From Eledone cirrhosa (taxonomy: Eukaryota), in contig OZ024740.1 in assembly GCA_964016885.1 (NCBI GenBank), positions 235,352,001 to 235,416,000 on the forward strand: 64,000 nucleotides of DNA, given 5' to 3'. Shown in pieces: positions 26,447 to 39,844 of the stretch (the stretch's first letter is position 1; every line of letters starts with the position of its first letter). The position numbers were made by a program, and so were the translations under genes. The notes beneath the pieces were generated by a model. It did not search any database and was not told the DNA's origin. It saw nothing but the letters and a program-made list of their open reading frames with translations.

Positions 26447-27837
26447 CACGTATCACTTGCAGCCACACTATTACACACACACACACGTTTTCACCCTTTA
26501 CTAACCTCGTGTCACACAAGAATGTGTGATCTCTACTTGAACCGTGTGTGTGCTCAGTTGAACATTTGCCGTATTTGTCATCTAACCAACCATGATGTTA
26601 TGGATCACTGGACTTGACACCACTGTTGGTGTTGATGTTGTTGATATATGTATGTAAAACAATACACAGTGAATTCTGTAACTGTTTCTTCTCCATAAAC
26701 CTCTGTCTGCATCTACTTATTGTTTCTTATTTCTGTAACTCTACACCACCACCATCACCACCACCATCACACCATGTTCATCATATCTACATATATCTAT
26801 CTATATCTCTAAATACAACTGTCTGTCTATTGGTATTTAGTGTGTGTATGTCTGTTTGTGTTTTTACCTGTCTGTGTGCTCTCTCTCTCTCTCTCTCTCT
26901 CTCACATTCTCTCCTAATATATAAAACTATTTGTCTATTGATGCATGTATGTGTCTAGTCTTTACATATATGTGTTTGTATGCACTTTTATATGCATATA
27001 TTTGTATATTCTTATGTGTGTGTCAACATATGTTTCTCTTTTTATATACAACTGTCTTTCTGATATTAGTGTGTGTATATGTGTGTTTTGGTCATGGAAG
27101 AAGATGATGAAACCATGACTCAATAGTTGCTGCTAACCACTACTTTTGATCTGTGTCAGTAGCCAAGCTGAGAATCATTGGCTGTAGGCAGGCCTCTTGA
27201 AAGTCTGTATTCAATAGAGCATAGATTACAAACTATTAGAGAAAGAGGTACAGGATTATGTACTAGCTAATAAGGCTGCTTTCTGAGGAGTTACCCATAA
27301 TTTTTGGACCCTGTTCTGTCAGACAGTGAGCCTCCACTGGAAGACTTTTTCAACCTGCAACCTCTAACAAACATATGCACTATATAAAGAAATAAAGGTA
27401 AGAGCAGTGAGAAGTGGTGTGTGAAGAGGACATGTTGCCTTCATTTAAAATGATAAAGGTATCCATGAACTAGTTAGTGCTGAATTGGGCAGCATATCAG
27501 TCTTTCCATCTAAAAAGGAAAACTAGAAAGGAACCTTGTTATTTTATCACAAGACCATCACATAACCTACAATAAAGAAAATATCTCCTCTGTGTAGGTT
27601 ATCTGTACTTAAGACTGACCTGGGCTTCTTAATAGGTTTCCTTCATTGCAGTTTTAGAAGCTGTGCTTCCTTCCTTAGATGGTTCTCTGATAGTTAATTG
27701 TAGGTTTTCTAGAGAGAATAGTGGTGGTGGTGGTGGGGGTGTGAATGAAGAGGAGAGAGAATAGGAGAGAAAATGGAAAAAAGGGGAAAAATAAGGAAGT
27801 GGATAAAATATTTCAACATAATGTATTCATTCATTCA

Positions 27838-28170
27838 TTCATTTCATTTTACGTCCGCTTTTCCCTGCTTGCAAGGGTGGGACGGGAACTGATTCTGTCT
27901 TGATTTCTACAGCTGGATGCCCTTCCTAACACCAACCTCATTTACAGTGAATGCTGAGTGCTTTTTTTGCCGTGGCACCTCCACGACCACTTTACAGTGG
28001 AATGATAGGGACACCAGTCCCTATCATCTCATTTCTACAGCTGAGTAAACTGGAGCAATGTGAAATAAAGTGTCTTGCTCAAGGAAACAACACATCACCC
28101 GGTCTGAGAATTGAACTCACAACCTTTCGATTGCAAGGCCAATGCTCTAACCACTAAGCCATGTGTCTCC
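27838..28170 (-). mobile_element. Full-length tRNA-head SINE with chimeric RTE tail
   Basis: Reverse complement of the 54342-54690 type. A box TGGCTTAGTGG, B box GAGTTCAATTC. Confidence 0.9.
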
Positions 28171-28522
28171 ATTCTATCTTGATAGAAATGTGTTTAAACC
28201 ACAACTAAGTTGTTTGGACCACAGTGAATGTTTCATCTGTATGTATTATGGGCAGAGCTATTTTATTTACTTAATTATAATGAACTGTATAAGTATGTGG
28301 CACAACTGCATGGAACAGACCTAACTGAGAAATGAACCCAAATTAAAGGTTTTGTTTACCTAGAGCTTGCATAGGATATTTTTAGTATAATACACACACA
28401 ATTTAAAGCTAATGTTTCCCCCTATTAGCTTCAAATGTATGATATCAAGAAGGATACCTGGCTATAAAATTCTGCCTCAAAATATCCTCTCTGACCCATG
28501 ACACTATGGAAAGTGGGTGTAA

Positions 28523-28624
28523 CAGGGTGTTCCTCCAAAATGCATACACACTTTAATTACCTGACCAGGCAATATTTATTAGAATGCACAGCCTTTGTGT
28601 ATATATATTTTTTGGGACAACCTG
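28523..28624. mobile_element. Tc1-like MITE
   Basis: CAGGGTGTTCCTCCAAAATG / TTTTGGGACAACCTG-TA. Confidence 0.6.
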
Positions 28625-28887
28625 TATATGTATCATCATGATTAAACAGGACATTTTGAGACAATGTTTTACAGCCAGATGCTCTTCTTGTCACCAACCA
28701 TTTTAGTCACTTCTTTCAACACACAGTTATGTTATACCTATTTTAAACTGGATACACATGACCATGTATATATATCTGGGGTTACAAATGAAAGAAAGAG
28801 TAATCCATAAATGTAGAGCTTATGTGGAAATGGCTGATGGTTCACTCTTCTGCTCTCACAATTGTTTCTAATGATGATATATATATA

Positions 28888-30674
28888 TGGGAAGAAGAGA
28901 CCCTATCCCAAGTAGACCCTATAGAGGGGCCAGCAGTACAAGTCAGCAGCAGCGTAGTAAGTAAGGCAATCAAAAATATGAAGACAGGGAAGGCAACCGG
29001 TCTATCGGGTATAGCTGCCGAGATGCTGAAGGCATCTGGGTCGGTAGGTCACACCATAACCACACAAATTGTTAACCAGGTAGTACTAGAGGGTATAATA
29101 CCAAAGGACTGGTGCAGAGTCAGCAGCATCATTGTCAACGGCTACAAAGGTAAAGGTGATGCACTAGATAGAGGAAACTATAGAGGTATAAAGCTGATGG
29201 ACCAGGTCATGAAAGTAACGGAAAGAGTTATAGCACAGTTGATTAGGGACCGGGTGAAACTAGATGAGATGCAATTTGGGTTTGTACCAGGAAAAGGCAC
29301 CACTGATGCCCTCTTTCTCGTGAGGCAGTTACAGGAAAAGTACCCAACTAAAAGTAAGCTGCTCTACCTGGCATTCATCGATCTGGAAAAAGCCTTCGAC
29401 AGAGACCCCCGTGCTATAATCTGGTGGGCTCTTAGAAAATTAGGAGTAGATGAATGGCTTATGAAAGCTGTACAAGCCATGTATAGAGGAGCAGTCAGCA
29501 AAGTTAGAGTTAGCAATGACTATAGCGACGAATTTAGCATACAGGTCAGTGTCCACCAGGGCTCTGTCCTTAGCCCTCTCCTGTTCATTATAGTTTTGCA
29601 GGCAATAACGGAGGAGTTTAAGACCGGATACCCATGGAAACTCCTATATGCGGATGATCTCGCACTTATAGCTGAATCTATGGTGGAACTAGAGAAGAAA
29701 GGGTCTCAAAGTCAACCTGACAAAGACTAAGGTTCTTGTAAGTAGACGAGAAAACAGAACCCAGATCTCCTCAGGGAAATGGCCTTGCTCAGTATGTAGG
29801 AAAGGTGTAGGTAGGAACTCCATCCTCTGCCCCAAATGCAAACACAAATGGGTACACAAGAGATGTAGTGGGATCTCAGGAAGTTTAACTAAGAATGTAG
29901 GCTTCATATGTAGCAGCTGCGCTGGGACAGCAAGCAGCAAACGACCACAGGATACAAGAACCACCAAACTCTGGGAGGGTTCTGTAGAAACAGTAGACAG
30001 CTTCTGCTACCTAGGTGACCAAATTAGAAGCGGAGATGGGTGTTCAGAAAGTACAATAATAACTAGGGTAAGAACAGGATGGAAGAAGTTCAAGGAGCTA
30101 CTGCCACTGCTAGCTGCAAAAGGCTTTTCCCTCAAAATGAAAGACAGACTGTATGATGTGTGTATACGAACAGCAATGTTACATGGAAGTGAAACCTGGA
30201 TGCTGTCTGTAGAAGACTTGCGCAGATTAGAAAGAAATGAAGCTTGCATGCTCCGATAGATGTGTAATAGTAATATACGCGAACGGCAAAGTAGAAATGA
30301 ATTGAGAGAGAGACTGAGTATAAGAGGAATCAAATGCTGTGTGCAGGAGAGAAGGTTACGTTGGTATGGACATGTGATGCGTATGAAGGATGACAGATGC
30401 ATAAAAAGATGTAGATCACTAGAGGTCGATGGAAGCCGCAGAGGAGGGAGACCCAAGAAGACCTGGGATGAGGTGATAAAGGGCGACCTTACCCAATTGC
30501 ACCTCTCAAGGGCAATGAAACACAACCGTGGCCTCTGGCGTCATGCAGTAATACAGAAGACGCCTCCCCCCACCACAGGAACAAGCCGAAGCTAAAGCAT
30601 GTAGACAATATGACCCTCCCCCACTGCAAAGTGGTCGTGGAGGTGCCACGGCAAAAAAGCACCCAGCCCACACT
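28888..30674 (+). pseudogene. RTE family A LINE, truncated at both ends, frameshifted RT+PHD pseudogene
   Basis: WEEETLSQVDPIEGPA...LLYADDLALIA closely matches ORF 61766-64000. Deletion frameshift at about 29700, stop near 30257. Both ends abut (TA)n. Confidence 0.95.
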
Positions 30675-30694
30675 AAATATATATATATATATAC

Positions 30695-30998
30695 AATCCT
30701 AATCGATCCCTCTTTGGATTTTGGTTTTTGTAAATTATTACTTTTCTAAAAAAGTATATCACACACAAAACACCAGCATCAACAGTTTTCCAAGAGATGG
30801 CAACATGAATGGACCGGTTATTTTTCTTTAAAAACATTTTTTCTGATTCCGTCCTGCCCGTTCCTTCAATCTTTCTTCTGATGAAGGACTAGCATCTGAA
30901 ACGTTAAGATCCTCTTCCTGCTATTTCAAGCGTTAACCTAATATATTCCTTCCATATACTGTACCGATTGTGTTGTTATTTCTGTTTACTTTTTACAT
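30695..30998 (+). mobile_element. Second copy of the Penelope-like hammerhead element
   Basis: Homologous to the reverse complement of 7843-8080. TCTT-CTGATGAAGGACTAGCATCTGAAACGTT-AAGA at 30874-30909 with mutated stem II. Confidence 0.65.
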
Positions 30999-32919
30999 GA
31001 TGTAGAAAACCTGCCAAACAAAGGGTGGGAAGCCTTTTCAGTTATATCAAAGATATGATAACCTTCCTAATTCTGGGGCCCATGATAAAATGCACTCAGT
31101 AGAGTATGGAAATTGTTTGATGGGTGATGCAAGCATGGCAAAGCACTCGTTGAGTGCAGGAAAATAAGTGTGTGGGACAGGCCCTCAGCTCATCTGAGGG
31201 ATCAGTACTGACTTGGTCTGCAGTGACCTATCCAACCCTTGCTAGAAGGGAAATGGATGTTAAATGATGATGATGATGATGATGTAAACATACACACACA
31301 TATATTCTTTTTTACTTCATCTAAAATAGAGGTCAGTGCCCATAACCTTTGCAGGCGTATTCAAACTGGTGTGGTTGATGTTGAGCTGGAAATTCAGCTG
31401 TTTTATATCTTGGTCAGTTAGTTCCAGAGGTTTGCAACAGTTGTGAGGCAGAAAGAATGTGAAAAAAAATGTCATCATCATCATCATGTGTTTTTGGTTT
31501 GGGCAAGACATTGTATAGCTGATAAGATGCCAGTGTGTTTCATTGATATGTGTAGCATTGGTGCTGTTGAATTAGATTTGGTTGTCAGATATTGTAAACA
31601 GAAGATACTTCTAGATGTTGGACGAAAGTACAGCTTTTACTGGAAAGAGATAAATTTGAAACAGAAAGCTGGCAATGTCTGAATACTGTTCCAAACATAT
31701 AACATGCTGATAACTTAGCAGAACTGAGTCATGTTAAGTTTTTTACTCTTCATATTTTTATGTCTGTTTTAACTATGTAGGCGAAAGTGGAGTTTTTTTT
31801 TTTTTTTTACAATACATTTTCTTCATCTCTCTCTATCAGCTAGGATTTTACCTGACATCATTCTCTCTGAAACCAAATTTAACTACCCTATCCAAAATAT
31901 TCCATGCCTTTTTGGTTGGCATCTTATTTGAATCAATGTTCAGCCAAAATGTATCAAGCTCTTTCACAATAAGTCTGTAATCCCTATTCAAAATAGTAAT
32001 CAGTAATTTTCATTGATTACTTATTGTATTGATCAAATATATTGATCAATACTTGTTGAACTAACTACTTCTTTAATCCAGTGTGTCTAATATATTACTC
32101 TCATCCTTTAATTTGTCTTTAGTCATACCTTAAGTCAACAGTATGCATCCAATAGAATACACTTATCCCATAATCCCTTTCTCAAGTTTACAGTGCCGAT
32201 CTAACAGATGTTCTCTAGATCCTTTTCATTCATTTACATCATGATTCTGGATTTAAACTACCTAACTAAAGATTTATCATAAAAGAATTCAATAAGTTCA
32301 ATTACTGTGAGAAGTATTGAATCTCACATTTCAGACCTTGTCTTTCATCTGAGAATAGAGAGAGAGAGAGAGAGAGAGGGGTAGGTGGGGTGTAGGGAAC
32401 TCCTTTCCCACATCCTAAGCAACAACACTATTTTTGATTTGTTTCTCACCATCAGGTTAAACATTAGATTCTACCATTTTTACAGCAATCAATTTTATTG
32501 AACTCTCTTGTGGAATAATTATTGCTGATGCAGACCATCACCAGTTTCCCTACATTCCAGATATCATCCTGTACATTAATCACATTAGCACAAGGCTATT
32601 ACAAGGAGAGTAGAGTGTTGTTGATTGAATCAGTCTCAATCACAGACTACCACTGGTGCTTGTTTTAATAATTTGAAGGCATGAAAGGCAAAGTTACCAC
32701 AAGCAAGACTTGAACTGGAAATGTGAAAGAACATATCTAAATACCATAAGATATTTTGTCCAACACTACAATTTCTGTTATTCTATTCCAACCTATGCCA
32801 GTATAGAGAAATGGACATAAAATGATGATTATGATAATATTGTCCTAATATTTTATAAATAATAAACAGATTTGTTCATCAGGCATATCACTCCTGACAT
32901 ATTGGCCTTAAGATAACCT

Positions 32920-33102
32920 TGAAGGTTGGGTGAAAAGTGTACAGGCTGACCAAGATACTCTCATGGAATGACCAAATGAGATTTGTTTTCAACATAGTCC
33001 CTGGAAATAATGCAGTTATTAATAAGAGTTGAGCATGTAAGATTTCACAGCTCTAGCATCACTCCTTCATAGTCAGCCTATGAACCTTTCAGCTGATCCT
33101 CG
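32920..33102. mobile_element. Degenerate mariner MITE
   Basis: GAAGGTTGGGTGAAAAGTGTACAGGCTGAC / GTCAGCCTATGAACCTTTCAGCTGATCCTCG-TA. Confidence 0.55.
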
Positions 33103-33437
33103 TATCTTAGGATTTTAAGAATACCTATTTCAATGGATTTTAGTCTTAAGACTGCGACAGAGACGAAGGACATATATGGTTATTATATTAGATATTGAAC
33201 CTAACTAAAGTTTATAACAAGGTACCTTGTCCTAACAGAGTTGCAGGATCTGTTATGATGAATATTTTATGACAAGGTTTGCTATTTTGGTGAATTACTT
33301 CAAAAGGCTTATGAAATATTGTAGCATCTATTTAAGATATGCAGTGTTTGAAATATGACTCCGTCTACAGTTCAAGTATGTGTTGATATCATAATTGTTG
33401 GTCTTAGTTAAAGTTAAGATTGATTCCTTTTACTATA

Positions 33438-33745
33438 TAATGGTTTCTTATATAGGCACAAGGCCAGTAATTTTTGGGGAGGGGAAAGTCGATTAAATCG
33501 ACCCCAGTGTGTAAAGGACGAAAGGCAAAGTTAACCTCGGCGGGATTTGAACTCAGATCATAATAATTGTTTCTACTTTAGGCACAAGGCCAGCAATTAC
33601 CCAGTACATTACTGGTACTTTATTTTATCGACCCTGTAAAGATGAAAGGCAAAGTTAACCTTGGCGGGATTTGAACTCAGACCGTAAAGGGACGTAACTA
33701 TGCTAGAAAGCATGGCGTCCAACCCTCTACCGATACTGCCAATCC
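33438..33745 (-). mobile_element. Two tandem Nin/Deu-like SINE copies
   Basis: GGCACAAGGCCAG..., AAAGGCAAAGTTAACCT.GGCGGGATTTGAACTCAGA twice. Confidence 0.8.
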
Positions 33746-34124
33746 AGATCATAATAAAGACAGCTTCTGTGTAAGATGTAAGATAATAGTAAGAAGTCTA
33801 AATAGGTGTTAGTAGCATATTCAATTAAATTCAAAAATGTAAATGTATAGAGAGATACAAAGGCTGTGATTACTGATCAAATACAAACCTTACCACTACA
33901 GCTATTTTTTTGTACTCTTAAACAAGGTATAATGCTCTGCTTTCTCCAATTTCACTCGGTGGTCAGTAATAGGAAGAACATCTTACAGCCATAAAAAAAC
34001 AAAATGAATGCTCCAACAAATACACCACCCCAACCATACATGCATGAAGAAAATACAGAAATACAGAAAAAAAATCCCTTTTGCATATTCAGGGTGTAAA
34101 TGATAAATGGGTGGTGAACTGTTT

Positions 34125-34365
34125 AACAACACTTTTGTTAATAAGCTGGCCAAAACTGGCTCTGGTTCTATGAAATAAAACCACCTATTTTAAAGGTCTT
34201 CAATTTAAATTAAAATCTTCCAACATAATTTTATATAAGAACCTTACATTAAGTTACTATCTTAGTAATGAAATAATTAATAATTTTAGTAAATCTCTCA
34301 AAATTTTTCATTAATTAATTGAAGTACAGTGTATTTCATTAGAAATGCAGTCATGAAAGGGTTAA
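34125..34365. mobile_element. Second TTAA-terminated MITE family (degenerate)
   Basis: Ends GAAAGGGTTAA. Internal sequence shared with 46415-46632 and, inverted, with about 50600-50890. Confidence 0.5.
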
Positions 34366-34655
34366 CTGAATCGCAGCACAGAAAAGTTATAAACTGGAGC
34401 TGATCTGCTCTGTGAAAAGACATTGCATCTACACTTTTGCAAGCAAGACAAGGAAATCTATGTGGGATTGATCTAACTGTTATAAATAACTGCCAGATCT
34501 TCCTAAAAGTACATTTTTACAATGTATATAGCTGAACCTAAATCTTGATGTAATGATATAATTTTTCTCTGATTTGTATGATGATGACGACACATATACA
34601 CATGAGTATATATATGTATATGAATTCTTTATGCATTTAGAATATGTGTGTGTGG

Positions 34656-34778
<123 letters not shown>

Positions 34779-34804
34779 CACCAACACACATATATATATA
34801 TATA

Positions 34805-35915
34805 ATACTAGAGTACTAGATGGCATCATACCATTGTCAACTGCTACAAGGGTAAAGGAGATGCACTAAATAGAGGAAACTATAGAACTATGGAGGTATA
34901 AAGCTGTTGGGCCAGGTCATGAAAGTAACAGAAAGAATTATAGCACAGCTGATTAGGGACCGGTTACATCTAGATGAGATGCAGTTCGGATTTGTACCAG
35001 ACAAAAGCTCCACTGATGCTCTCTTCCTTGTGAAGCGGTTACAGAAAAAGTTTCTATCTAAAAGTAGGCCACTCTACCTGGCATTTGTTGATCTGGAAAA
35101 AGCTTTCGACAGAGTGCCCTGTGCCATAATCTGGTGAGCTCTTAGAAAACTAGGAGTAGATAAGTGGCTTGTGAAGGCTGTAAAAGCCATGTATAGGGGA
35201 TTAGTCAGCAAAATTATAATTAATAATGGCTATAGCAAGGAATTTAGTATACAGGTTGGTGCCCACCAGGGCTCTGTTTTTAGCCCTCTCCTGTTTATTA
35301 TCGTACTACAGGCTATAACAGAGGAGTTTAAGACTGGCAGCCCATAGGAACTCCTGTATGTGGATGATCTTACACTCATAGCGAAATCTATGGTAGAACT
35401 AGAGAAAAAAAATTCCAAACATGGAAATGGTCTAGAAACAAAGGGTCTTAAAGTCAACCTGACAAAGACTAATGTTCTAGTAAGTAGAAGAAAAAACAGA
35501 ACCCTGGTCTCCTCAGGAAGATGGCCTTGTTCAGTATGTAGGAAAGGTGTAGGTAGAAATTCCATCCTCTGCCCCAAATGCAAACTATGGGTACACAAGA
35601 GATGTAGTGGGATCTCAGGAAGTTTAGCTAAGAATGTAGGCTTTACATGTAGCTGCTGCACCAGGACAGTAAACAGCAAACAGCTACGAGAAACAAGCGT
35701 TATCAAATTCTGCGAAGGTTCGGTAGAACCAGTAGACAGCTTGTGCTACCTGGGTGAGAACTTAGCAGCGGAGGTGGGTGTTCCAAAATTACAGTAGCGA
35801 GAGTGAGAATGGAATGGAAGAAGTTCAGGGAACTACTACCACTGCTAGCTGCAAAAGGCTTTCCCTCAAAATAAAAGGCAGACTGTATGATGCGTGCTTA
35901 CGAACAGAAATGCTT
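34805..35915 (+). pseudogene. Internal RT+PHD fragment of RTE family A
   Basis: DEMQFGFVP, FVDLEKAFDRVP, YVDDL, WPCSVCRKGVGRNSILCPKCKLWVHKRC with stops and frameshifts. Confidence 0.93.
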
Positions 35916-36493
35916 TCTGTCCCTTCCATTCCTCCATTTTCTATTTTGTCTAGGCTTGTCTTTTTATATAAAATACAAATTCAAATAAATGCATTTATGT
36001 ATATAAAATACAAATACACATATATGTATGAATCTACACATATATATATGTGTATATATTTATGAAGATTGATGTATACATAATTATGTGTACATCAATG
36101 AAGATCTCAAGCCAATCATCTATGAAACATATGTAATCTATATATAATATATATATTCATTCTGTAAACCAGACAATTTATCCAATACAGTTGTTTTCTT
36201 TTCTACCTGACTTCTCTTATCATGTTTACCCGGGTAAAGCTGGGTACTTCAGCTAGTGGTTAATATACAATAAAAATATTTCATAGTCACATACACTCAC
36301 ACACACACATGTCTCTATGGACACTGACCTTTATAAATCTTTATGAGTTCAATGCCTTAACTATTTAAAGGTTATGTGTATAATTTCAACACAACTCTGA
36401 GTATGTACCATATATATGTGTACATATGTATCTATCTCAACACAACAATGATTGTGTATGTTTTATAAGTTTTATATATATACAGATAGATAT

Positions 36494-36552
<59 letters not shown>

Positions 36553-36558
36553 TAGACA

Positions 36559-36630
<72 letters not shown>

Positions 36631-36719
36631 TAGACATGCACACATATATATAGTGGTAGAACACTGGAAGGTAATATCCGTAGTGGTAGAGCACTCAGTC
36701 CATGGGACAAGTTAGGTAC

Positions 36720-36814
36720 AAGTGGTTACACAACAGTTAGTTCACCATACCGAGAACAAATATGTAACAATGAATTGTTCTCGGTTTGGTGAACTAACTG
36801 TTGTGTAACCACTT
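36720..36814. repeat. Hairpin with 40-bp arms and 15-nt loop
   Basis: AAGTGGTTACACAACAGTTAGTTCACCATACCGAGAACAA / TTGTTCTCGGTTTGGTGAACTAACTGTTGTGTAACCACTT, one mismatch. Confidence 0.9.
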
Positions 36815-36929
36815 CTATATATATATATACAGATAGACATGCACACATATATATATATTATATATATATTATATTAAGTTTGATAAAAAAAATATTTAAA
36901 AAATGTATATATATCATGATTTTTCTCAA

Positions 36930-37165
36930 TTATCCTCTATTTTGTCTTCTTTCCACTGACATCTCCTGGCATGCAACATTATAATTCTCATATAGGCATC
37001 ATACAATCTACCCTTCACATATAGACAAAACCCCTTTGTTATCAACAGAGGTAGTAGCTCCTTAATTATTTTTAGCCTGCTTTCAGACCAACCTCCTCCA
37101 GTGCTAATTAAGTCATCTAAGTAACAGAAACTATCAACTATTTCTATGGTACCTTCCTGGGATTG
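36930..37165 (-). pseudogene. Decayed RTE fragment
   Basis: EGTIEIVDSFCYLDDLISTGGG...ELLPLLITKGFCLYVKGRLYDA. Confidence 0.8.
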
Positions 37166-38770
37166 GAAAAGTTTTATTTCACTGATACTATTGCTTGACC
37201 TAATAAAAATAACTGCTAAATCTCCCACAAATCACATGCTGACATCTTTTAAATAGGGAGGGATACACTGAACAGTGTAGTCTATGATATACAAATAGAC
37301 AGATTGGTCACAACTGGAATGCTTTGGTAATAGGTTTTCTCTACCAGGAAGGAGCTGAGTCTAAACAACAACAATAACCAATATATAAAAAGTCAATGAG
37401 GAAGCCTCTATGTGGTCAGGCAACTTGCTAGAAATAGCTTCCAACTCTCTCTCAAAATCACTTCCACCAACTTAAATAAAGAAGAATATATTTGACAATA
37501 CAGTCCCTGATATACAGACAGACAAATGGGATGGTCAAGGCTGGTCTACTCTATGAGGGCTTACCTGAGGCTAAATACCAAACTCACCAATATATAAAGT
37601 GACAGATATTTTACTATCTCCCCACCACTAGCACAACCGTAATTATATTAAAAATTTGCAGTGCTACGTGGACTTTGTCAAGTGTATTGTTACCTAAAGG
37701 AAATATAGTCACATGTATTCACTATATTTTGGATAAATTGCATTAAAAGGATGATGACAAACTTCAATTTGTCCTGGAAAGTTGATTTCTTCAGAATTGT
37801 TGCATTCAAACAATTCAGAGGATGGATCAAGTTGAGTTTCATAATAAGTGTTCCCCTTCTTCAAAATATAGATATAGTGTGTATACTTGAATATAAGCCA
37901 AGAAATATGTAACAAAAAATCAATAGTAAAATAGGGTGGTTGGCTTATATTGGAGGTCAATATTTTGCCAATTTTCACCACCTTCAAATTCTACATAAAT
38001 AAAGTGCTAAAATATCTGAAGTGATTATTTTACAATGAAACACTGTTTTTCTACATTTACTACATCGTCATCGGTGTTCCTTTGAAAATGTTTCCGACAA
38101 ATTTTTATAATTTGGACTTTTTACTAAATAAATATCCCATACACATACATGCATATGCACATAAACACACGCATACATGTTTTTCTCTGATTTAATACTT
38201 TTCTTTCAATCTAACATAAGATTGAAATCTTACTTCTGACTTATATTTTATTGCTCTCCCTCTGTCTCCCTTCCCGCCTTCTCTTTTTGTTGCTGTGCAT
38301 CTCCCCTCTCTTGCTTGCTGTTTTCCCTCCCTCTTCTACCCTATGAATTCCTATAGAAAGTTCTCTTATTCAATCTCTTGCTTTCAAAGTTGCCGGAAGT
38401 AAACAAAAATTTGAGAAAGTTTTTGAAACTTAACATATTTGAAATCCATTATGTAATAGAATTGTGAAACCAAAACTATATTCTAAACAACACTTAAAGC
38501 ATTTTAAACACGAAAATATTAAAACTTCATAACTATATTTGATACCCACGAGAATTCAAAACAACACCATCTAAACATAATGTGTTGATTAACTGCCTCG
38601 GCTTAACAAACAGGGTTTGGATTTTTGCCTATTTCTCAAACATAAAATAGGGAGTTTGGCAAGCAAAACAAAAAACAAATATCGAACCTAAAGTAAAATT
38701 TTACTATTACAGATATTTTATTTTCTGGGAAAACCTATTTTTTTTTCTTCAAAATTTTGTTCTAATTCAT

Positions 38771-39219
38771 GTCATCATCATCATCATCATTTTACTTCCG
38801 CTTTTCCCTGCTTGCAAGGGTGGGCCGGGTCCTATTCAGCACAGCATCTATCCACTTGTCACGGTCCTTCGTCATCTCCACCGTGAGCTTCAGCGATCTG
38901 AGGTCTGCTCTCACCACCTCCGCCCATGTTTTTCGTGGTCTACCTCTACTACGTCTTCCTTCAATTGGCATTTCCTGGCACTTCTTCACCCATCGGTCAT
39001 CCTCCATACGCATCACTCACATGTCCATACCATCGCAGTCTCCTCTCCCGCACACTACAATCGATCCCTCTCAGACACAGTTTCTCTCTCAACACATCCA
39101 TGCTTGGTCGTTCACGCACATTGACATTGCACATCCAACGGAGCATGTTTGCCTCATTTCTCTCCAGCCGTCGCATATCCTCTGTAGTTGCTGCCCATGT
39201 CTCACTACCATGCAGCATC
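38771..39219 (-). mobile_element. 5'-truncated RTE family C LINE
   Basis: [22 protein letters not shown]...RRLRWYGH / MRMEDDRWVKKC...RPTLASREKRK*, (TGA)n tail. Confidence 0.92.
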
Positions 39220-39642
39220 GCGCAATTATTTTAAATGAATTATTTTTTCTAACCAGTAACTTTTTCCACTATCTGTTGCACAATTTTTTTTTTAAATTTA
39301 CCAATTTTAGAAATTAATGAAAAAAGTCACATAGCTTTCTTGAAAAGATGTGCCCTGTACAACATTTCAATTACATATGTTTGAAACTCTGACCTACAAC
39401 TTGGAAACATACATGCATACATACATTCACCTTAATATATTAAGATTAATTGAAATACATACTCTCTAGGGTAAACAGGCATTAAATGATGATGATGGTA
39501 GCCATGACAGAGTTAGTTTTAGAAGTTGATGTTGATTAAAACAGGGCACTAGAGGTGGATTAAATGAGTTGTCCTTTCAGAACCCTGACTTAAAATCCTG
39601 CTGAGGTCAACTCTATTTTTCATATTTTGAGGACATGATTAA

Positions 39643-39844
39643 CCCTTTAGCCTTTAAATCAGCTGTATCCGGCTAGAATTCTCTCACCTCTTTCTGTTCA
39701 AAGTGGCTGTAACCAGCCGCTCATACTGATGTTAAGGTATTGTTCTCAAAACAAATAATATTAAAATCTCATAGATTCAATATTATGTGAGATAAAGCCT
39801 TTACCATGAAAATATAATAGTATATATAGAGTAATGCTAAAGAG
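39643..39844. mobile_element. TTAA-flanked MITE (family of 6331-6541)
   Basis: TTAA-CCCTTTAGC ... GCTAAAGAG-TTAA. Confidence 0.8.

Noticed and set aside
25830-26484. Repetitive ORFs MLQHTHATTYTCYNIH
   Set aside because: Translation of a 16-bp minisatellite, open in all three minus-strand frames
37709-37987. 92-aa ORF in non-repeat sequence as a host exon
   Set aside because: No convincing splice signals or recognisable homology
38388-38410. CCGGAAGTAAACA (ETS/FOX-like motif) as a promoter
   Set aside because: A single short motif with no supporting exon or CpG-rich region
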